Assembly: GCA_963675755.2 (NCBI GenBank) | Contig: CAXXMD010000003.1 | Location: 1,344,001 to 1,408,000, forward strand | DNA from: a bacterium | GTDB lineage: Bacteria > Zhuqueibacterota > Zhuqueibacteria > Residuimicrobiales > Krinioviventaceae | Length of the DNA stretch: 64,000 nt | Direction of reading: 5' to 3' | Shown: piece by piece, positions 59,230 to 64,000 of the stretch | How positions within the stretch are numbered: the stretch's first letter is position 1 | Layout: each line of letters opens with the position of its first letter | Made by a program: the position numbers and the translations under genes | Notes under the pieces: generated by a model | What the model was told of the DNA's origin: nothing | Database searches by the model: none | The model's input: only the letters and a program-made list of their open reading frames with translations

Positions 59230-60539
59230 AATTCCTCAGAAGGATAAACAAGTTTTTTCAATAAATGAAACTTGGGGGTATTTTTCAGCTTTTCCAGCGC
59301 ATTACGTCTCAATTTAATATCCAATTTGCTTTGCAGTACAATATCTTCAAGCACTTTGGGGCTGATCACTTTGGCAAGGGCCTGTTCCTGCAACGTTTCA
59401 CTTTTATGATTAAAAATCACATTGGCCAGCCACTCCTGATCGTTCAACTTTTCCAGGGCATAGGACCTCACCGGGAATAATTTAGCGGTCATGATTATAT
59501 CGTAAAGTAAATTCGCCCGCGTTACCCGGTCCACTGCATGAAAACAGACAATCTCGTCAGGATCCGTACATGCAATATCTTTGATAATTGACTGCTCCCG
59601 TATTTTATTTAATGCCGCAACACGGATATGGTTCAACTTATCAAATGTTGCAATGTCTGCCAGTATGTTCTGATCGGTTATCTGCTCTATTGCATTCAGT
59701 CTAACCTGTAAATCCGGTGAACTTTTTGCGAGCTTGGCGCGCAATGCCGGATCTGTAATTGCTTTTGCGGCATGAATACGAATGGTTTCACTTTCATCTC
59801 GAACGGCTGCCTGATACAGTCCATTCTGGTCTTTGAGTCGTTTAATGATTTCAATTTTCACGGGTTCTTCTAACGGACTGAATAAAAACATGGCCAGAAT
59901 GTCCTGAGAAGTAATATTCCGGACGGCGGCAATTTGTACGGTTATACTTTTATCTTTACTTAATATTTGCTGCAACAGTTTTTGCTGGGTAATTCTGGAA
60001 ACGGCTAATGCCCTTACATCCGTATCCGGATCTTCAAAAGCCACTTTGGTTATTAAATTATCATCAAATACTTTTTCAAGCGCAGCCAGTCGAACTACCG
60101 GACTCTTGTCAGAAAGGATCACCCGTCTCAACATGGAAGAATCTGTCAATCGTATTACAGCAGCTTTACGCACAATAAGCGATGGATCATTTTTGCAACG
60201 GTCCTGTACCAATCGCGGATCTTTGCTCTTGTCCAACGCCAATCGCCTTACACTGTCATTGGGATCATGTCTGGCAATGGTGGTAAGTACCGATTCATTA
60301 TCCAGCATCTGCGTTGCCAACAGACGAACATATACTGTTTTATGCCGGCGTGCAATAGCCGCAATACCATTGGGTGTTAACGGTAAAGACAGTGCCGCCT
60401 GGCACACCTGAGGATCGTTTTCCATCAGTATAATTGCAGATCGTCGTTTAGGATTTTTGATCTCTGCCAGCTTGCGGATCTTTTTTTCCCGGCTGAGCAT
60501 CATCCAGTTTATTTTGAAAAAAATTGAAAGTTTAACCAT
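59226..60539 (-). CDS. HEAT/PBS-like tandem helical repeat protein
   Basis: About 15 repeats of ~25 aa: 'D....VR..A...I.D...L..IA'; 4-bp overlap with the NHL gene. Confidence 0.75.
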   Translation of the reverse strand: MVKLSIFFKINWMMLSREKKIRKLAEIKNPKRRSAIILMENDPQVCQAALSLPLTPNGIAAIARRHKTVYVRLLATQMLDNESVLTTIARHDPNDSVRRLALDKSKDPRLVQDRCKNDPSLIVRKAAVIRLTDSSMLRRVILSDKSPVVRLAALEKVFDDNLITKVAFEDPDTDVRALAVSRITQQKLLQQILSKDKSITVQIAAVRNITSQDILAMFLFSPLEEPVKIEIIKRLKDQNGLYQAAVRDESETIRIHAAKAITDPALRAKLAKSSPDLQVRLNAIEQITDQNILADIATFDKLNHIRVAALNKIREQSIIKDIACTDPDEIVCFHAVDRVTRANLLYDIIMTAKLFPVRSYALEKLNDQEWLANVIFNHKSETLQEQALAKVISPKVLEDIVLQSKLDIKLRRNALEKLKNTPKFHLLKKLVYPSEEL

Positions 60540-60561
60540 GTATGGTTTTTACCCAATAAGA

Positions 60562-60957
60562 CTATTTTTTATACAGATGTCTTTCATCCGGATAAATTGT
60601 GTGATGATTGGAACGCATCATCTCTCTGCACTTTCTCCAACGCAGATATGCCTGTTCCAGTTCCACATCACCATTGGTCATTTTGGCAAGCGTTTTTGTA
60701 CTCAAGCGTAAACCACCGTCTTTTTTTTCTTGAAGCAGTAAACGATCAAGCGTGCTCAACTGTTTTTTGGACAAGTTTGCCTTGATATATGCATCATTTT
60801 CAGCTTGAGTATCATAAATATTTGATTGTTTTGTTCCTATAGTCTGTAAAGGTATACCGTATTTTTGGTATCCCAAATAACCCAGCACAAGTACCAGAAA
60901 AAACAATACGATACGAAACTCTACACCTTTTGAGCCTTTAGCCATATAATTTCCCAT
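60562..60957 (-). CDS. Small single-TM hypothetical protein
   Basis: N-terminal TM 'IVLFFLVLVLGYLGY'; 22 bp from the next gene. Confidence 0.6.
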   Translation of the reverse strand: MGNYMAKGSKGVEFRIVLFFLVLVLGYLGYQKYGIPLQTIGTKQSNIYDTQAENDAYIKANLSKKQLSTLDRLLLQEKKDGGLRLSTKTLAKMTNGDVELEQAYLRWRKCREMMRSNHHTIYPDERHLYKK

Positions 60958-61073
60958 TTTTTCTATAAATTATAAGAATATATGATGATATTCAAGTTAA
61001 AATTTATTTTGCATATTTTCCTTGAATGTTTTCTATAAAACTATTAATTTCAATACAGTAAAGGAATTTTTGT

Positions 61074-61652
61074 ATGAATCGGATAATAATCATTGTATTA
61101 ACAATATTTTCCATGGGTTTATTGCCGGGTTGCGGGATTAAGCTTGTACCCAGATATCCAGAAAACCTGGATGGTGAAACATCCCGAACAGCCTGGGACT
61201 CACCTACAGCAATCCCGGAAACAAGCAGTGCGCCACAACAATCCGCAATAACCGGATCCGGCAAACGCTTGAATAAATCCATGTATAATGCTTTTATTGC
61301 AGAGATCAAGCGGTTTATGGGCGCTCCATATGTATGGGGTGGTGCTTCACCATCGGGTACCGATTGCTCAGGTTTAATTGCAACCATGTATAAAAGAGCC
61401 GCAGATATAGATTTGCCGCACAGCACAACTCAATTGTCAAAAACCGGAACAACGGTTTCTGTACGGGATCTGAAATTTGGTGATTTATTGTTTTTCAATG
61501 ATGGGCAGGGAAAAAAGCCGCTACATGTAGGTTTTTATCTGGCAAAAGGCAAATTTGTACATGCCTCTGTCAGTAGTGGGGTTACCGTTTCAATACTTAC
61601 TCAATCTCCGTACAAACAGCAATATCTTGGCGCTAAACGAATTCTTGAATAA
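61074..61652 (+). CDS. NlpC/P60 family cell-wall peptidase lipoprotein
   Basis: Lipobox 'LPGC'; 'PYVWGG', 'DCSG', 'GDLLFF', 'HVG', 'FVHAS'. Confidence 0.93.
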   Translation: MNRIIIIVLTIFSMGLLPGCGIKLVPRYPENLDGETSRTAWDSPTAIPETSSAPQQSAITGSGKRLNKSMYNAFIAEIKRFMGAPYVWGGASPSGTDCSGLIATMYKRAADIDLPHSTTQLSKTGTTVSVRDLKFGDLLFFNDGQGKKPLHVGFYLAKGKFVHASVSSGVTVSILTQSPYKQQYLGAKRILE

Positions 61653-61668
61653 TTAAAGAAAGTAGTAC

Positions 61669-63102
61669 ATGTCATCACAACAGACACCGCTGCCCAAAAA
61701 AGGGGAGACGGTAGATTTGTATATAGAATCCCTTGCCTTTGGGGCAAAGGGTATTGCCCGGTTGGGTGAAATGGTTTGTTTTGTAGAAGGTGCCATTCCC
61801 GGACAAACCGTAAAAGCAAGGCTGCTCAAGAAAAAACGTTCTTATTTTGAAGCCCGCACCCTTGAAGTGATAAAACCTTCTGAGTGGCAGGTTGATCCGG
61901 TTTGCAGCCATTTTCAATCCTGTGGGGGTTGTTCTTTACAGCACCTGCAATACGAACAACAATTAAAAGCCAAAGAAGACCAGGTTAAAGATTCCATTGC
62001 CCGACTGGGTGGTTTTAAAAATGTTCCTATGCAGCCTATCTTACCGTCGCTTGAAACTGAACAATATCGCAATAAGATGGAATTTTCTTTCAGTCGGGAT
62101 CGTTGGTTGTCTGTACAAGAGATTGATAGTAATAAAACTTTTGAAAAGACCGGCTTGTTTCTCGGCATGCATGCAAAGGGATTTTTTGACAAGGTTATTG
62201 ATTTGCAGGAATGTCATCTGGTTGAACCCATTGCATCAGAGATTCTCGATACGGTAAGAGAGATTGCACGTGAAAGCGGCCTTGGCAGTTACAGCACTCG
62301 CGATCATACAGGTTTTTGGCGATTTTTAATTATCCGAAAGAGTAAAAACACCGGCGACCTGCTGGTGAATGTCGTTACCTATTCCTATAATAAAGAAATT
62401 GCTGAACAACTAGAAGAACGATTGTGCGCTCGTTTTCCACAAATTACAAGTCTTTTATACAGTACTACCCAAAGTAAAGCCAGTGTTGCGTATAGTGAAA
62501 AAGAATACCTGTTGCATGGCAAAAAGACCATTTTTGAAAAACTGGGCAATTATCAGTTCGAAGTCTCGGGTAATTCTTTTTTTCAAACCAACACCAGACA
62601 GGCAGAAAGATTATATGATGTTGTTGTAGAGATGGCTGATTTTAAAAGTGACGAGACAGTATATGATCTCTATTGCGGTGCAGGTACAATCTCTATTTAT
62701 ATCAGTGAATATGTGAATAAAGTGATTGGTTTCGAATCGGTCGAGTCTGCGGTGATAGACGCCTATAAAAACTGTGCAATTAATTCCATAAATAATTGCG
62801 ATTTTGAACTGGGTGATCTAAAGGACCAGATATCAGATACCCAAAGGCTGGCTGAAAGATATGGAGCCCCGGATACAATGATCATTGATCCCCCGCGCTC
62901 GGGAATGCATCCCAACACACTTGCGGCAGTGTTGGAACTGGAACCGAAAAAAATTGTACATGTTTCTTGCAATCCTGCAACCCTTGCAAGAGACCTGGGC
63001 CTGTTGTGTGAGGAAAAATATACGTTGACAGCAGTCAAACCTGTAGACATGTTTCCACATACAGCACATATCGAAGCGGTTGCTTTGCTCCAATTAAAGT
63101 AA
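61669..63102 (+). CDS. rlmD: 23S rRNA (uracil-C5)-methyltransferase RlmD/RlmCD
   Basis: TRAM domain; 4Fe-4S 'CSHFQSCGGC'; 'YRNKMEF'; 'SFFQTN'; 'DLYCGAG'; 'DPPRSG'; 'VSCNPATLARD'; 'DMFPHTAHIE'. Confidence 0.93.
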   Translation: MSSQQTPLPKKGETVDLYIESLAFGAKGIARLGEMVCFVEGAIPGQTVKARLLKKKRSYFEARTLEVIKPSEWQVDPVCSHFQSCGGCSLQHLQYEQQLKAKEDQVKDSIARLGGFKNVPMQPILPSLETEQYRNKMEFSFSRDRWLSVQEIDSNKTFEKTGLFLGMHAKGFFDKVIDLQECHLVEPIASEILDTVREIARESGLGSYSTRDHTGFWRFLIIRKSKNTGDLLVNVVTYSYNKEIAEQLEERLCARFPQITSLLYSTTQSKASVAYSEKEYLLHGKKTIFEKLGNYQFEVSGNSFFQTNTRQAERLYDVVVEMADFKSDETVYDLYCGAGTISIYISEYVNKVIGFESVESAVIDAYKNCAINSINNCDFELGDLKDQISDTQRLAERYGAPDTMIIDPPRSGMHPNTLAAVLELEPKKIVHVSCNPATLARDLGLLCEEKYTLTAVKPVDMFPHTAHIEAVALLQLK

Positions 63103-63190
63103 TTACAATTTTGTGTTTGCAATTCATTGTGTTTTTAGTATTAATAAATGTAATCCTTTAACGTATCTACTTGAAAATATTGGTTAAAAC

Positions 63191-64000
63191 ATGAAAAAAA
63201 ACAAAGCGTGTCTGTTCAAGTGCATACCGGCGCTTGTATTGCTATTGGCTGCCGGTGTTTTTGCTCAGTATCAACCAATTCAGGATGATTCACTCTATTC
63301 TTATGTTGGGGTCAGAATTGACAGAGGCCCTGAACATATGCAGGTGAACATGTCTGATGTGACAATTGAGCATGATGGATATTACCGTGTATGGGCCAAC
63401 ATGGTTCATGACAGTGGTGATGAGCAACTGAACGAGTCCTATTTTATTACGATAATTGATGAGGACAGTTTGGTTACAACCCCATCCGATTCAAACGCAG
63501 GACCATACAAAGTGATAGCTGATTATCCGGGAATGACGTCTGATCCTGTTTTTGAAGATGCCGGATTATTCTATCTCAAATCGGGTCTGCACACAATACG
63601 GCTGCACCATTATATTCAAATCTCTGACCTATACCCGCAGTTTTTAAACGGCGTAATGGGCGGTCCCCATGGTGAAGCAGAAAGTCTTTACGTTCTTGAC
63701 AGTCTGTATGTGATTGCAGAACCCCAGATTGATGCCATGGTCAGCGTAGATGCCTGGACCCTTCACAATGATCTGGTGAACAACCGGCTTGAAAAAGTGA
63801 CGTATCCCAATGAAGCGGTCAGAATCCGAATCAAGGCTTCTAACAATTTTATCAATGACATCCGCTTTGCGCAGATGCAGGCCAATCTGCCGGATTCGCT
63901 GTTAAACGTTACACTATCTATCACACCCGATGATACGATAAACGGACAGTTTATCTGGAACCTGCCGCGTTTGGCACCCGACGATACATTCTCTGTCTGG
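63191..64000 (+). CDS. Secreted protein, partial (runs off window end; possible DUF11-like Ig domain near the edge)
   Basis: Manual translation: MKKNKACLFKCIPALVLLLAAGVFAQ...; open to the window end with '...RIRIKASN...LPDSL...IWNLPRLAP'. Confidence 0.7.
   Translation, partial: MKKNKACLFKCIPALVLLLAAGVFAQYQPIQDDSLYSYVGVRIDRGPEHMQVNMSDVTIEHDGYYRVWANMVHDSGDEQLNESYFITIIDEDSLVTTPSDSNAGPYKVIADYPGMTSDPVFEDAGLFYLKSGLHTIRLHHYIQISDLYPQFLNGVMGGPHGEAESLYVLDSLYVIAEPQIDAMVSVDAWTLHNDLVNNRLEKVTYPNEAVRIRIKASNNFINDIRFAQMQANLPDSLLNVTLSITPDDTINGQFIWNLPRLAPDDTFSVW

Overview
Bacterial chromosomal window of mixed, moderately low GC. It is most consistent with an FCB-related heterotroph such as KSB1/Calditrichota: four secreted proteins end in the '(N/S)YPNPFN...G.YF(Y/C)' FlgD-Ig/T9SS-like C-terminal domain, and sugar uptake uses Na+/solute symporters rather than SusCD. 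Carbohydrate genes include a partial GH78 rhamnosidase, two tandem GH92-PA14 lipoproteins, two sulfatases, two DUF1080 genes (one frameshifted) and Tat-exported TIM-barrel enzymes. Other genes include two tandem beta-helix surface proteins, a vapBC pair, an ECF sigma factor, pirin/nitroreductase, a tyrosine phenol-lyase-like enzyme, anmK, hisN-like, an NlpC/P60 lipoprotein and rlmD. The most unusual items are: (i) a sigma-54 two-component system divergent from a sigma-54 promoter that drives a secreted protein with 8 DxDxDG Ca-binding loops plus an unknown outer-membrane barrel; (ii) several interspersed palindrome and 9-nt-period repeat families, including a 135-bp four-hairpin composite direct repeat bracketing one gene; (iii) tandem beta-helix genes with identical flanks but diverged cores, joined at a 10-bp microhomology; (iv) a cluster encoding a helical-repeat protein, an NHL protein, a large SprA-motif outer-membrane protein and an Omp85 protein next to a CTD-bearing cargo. 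No rRNA, tRNA, CRISPR array, transposase, integrase or reverse transcriptase was recognised. All family assignments come from motif recognition by eye, with no database searches.
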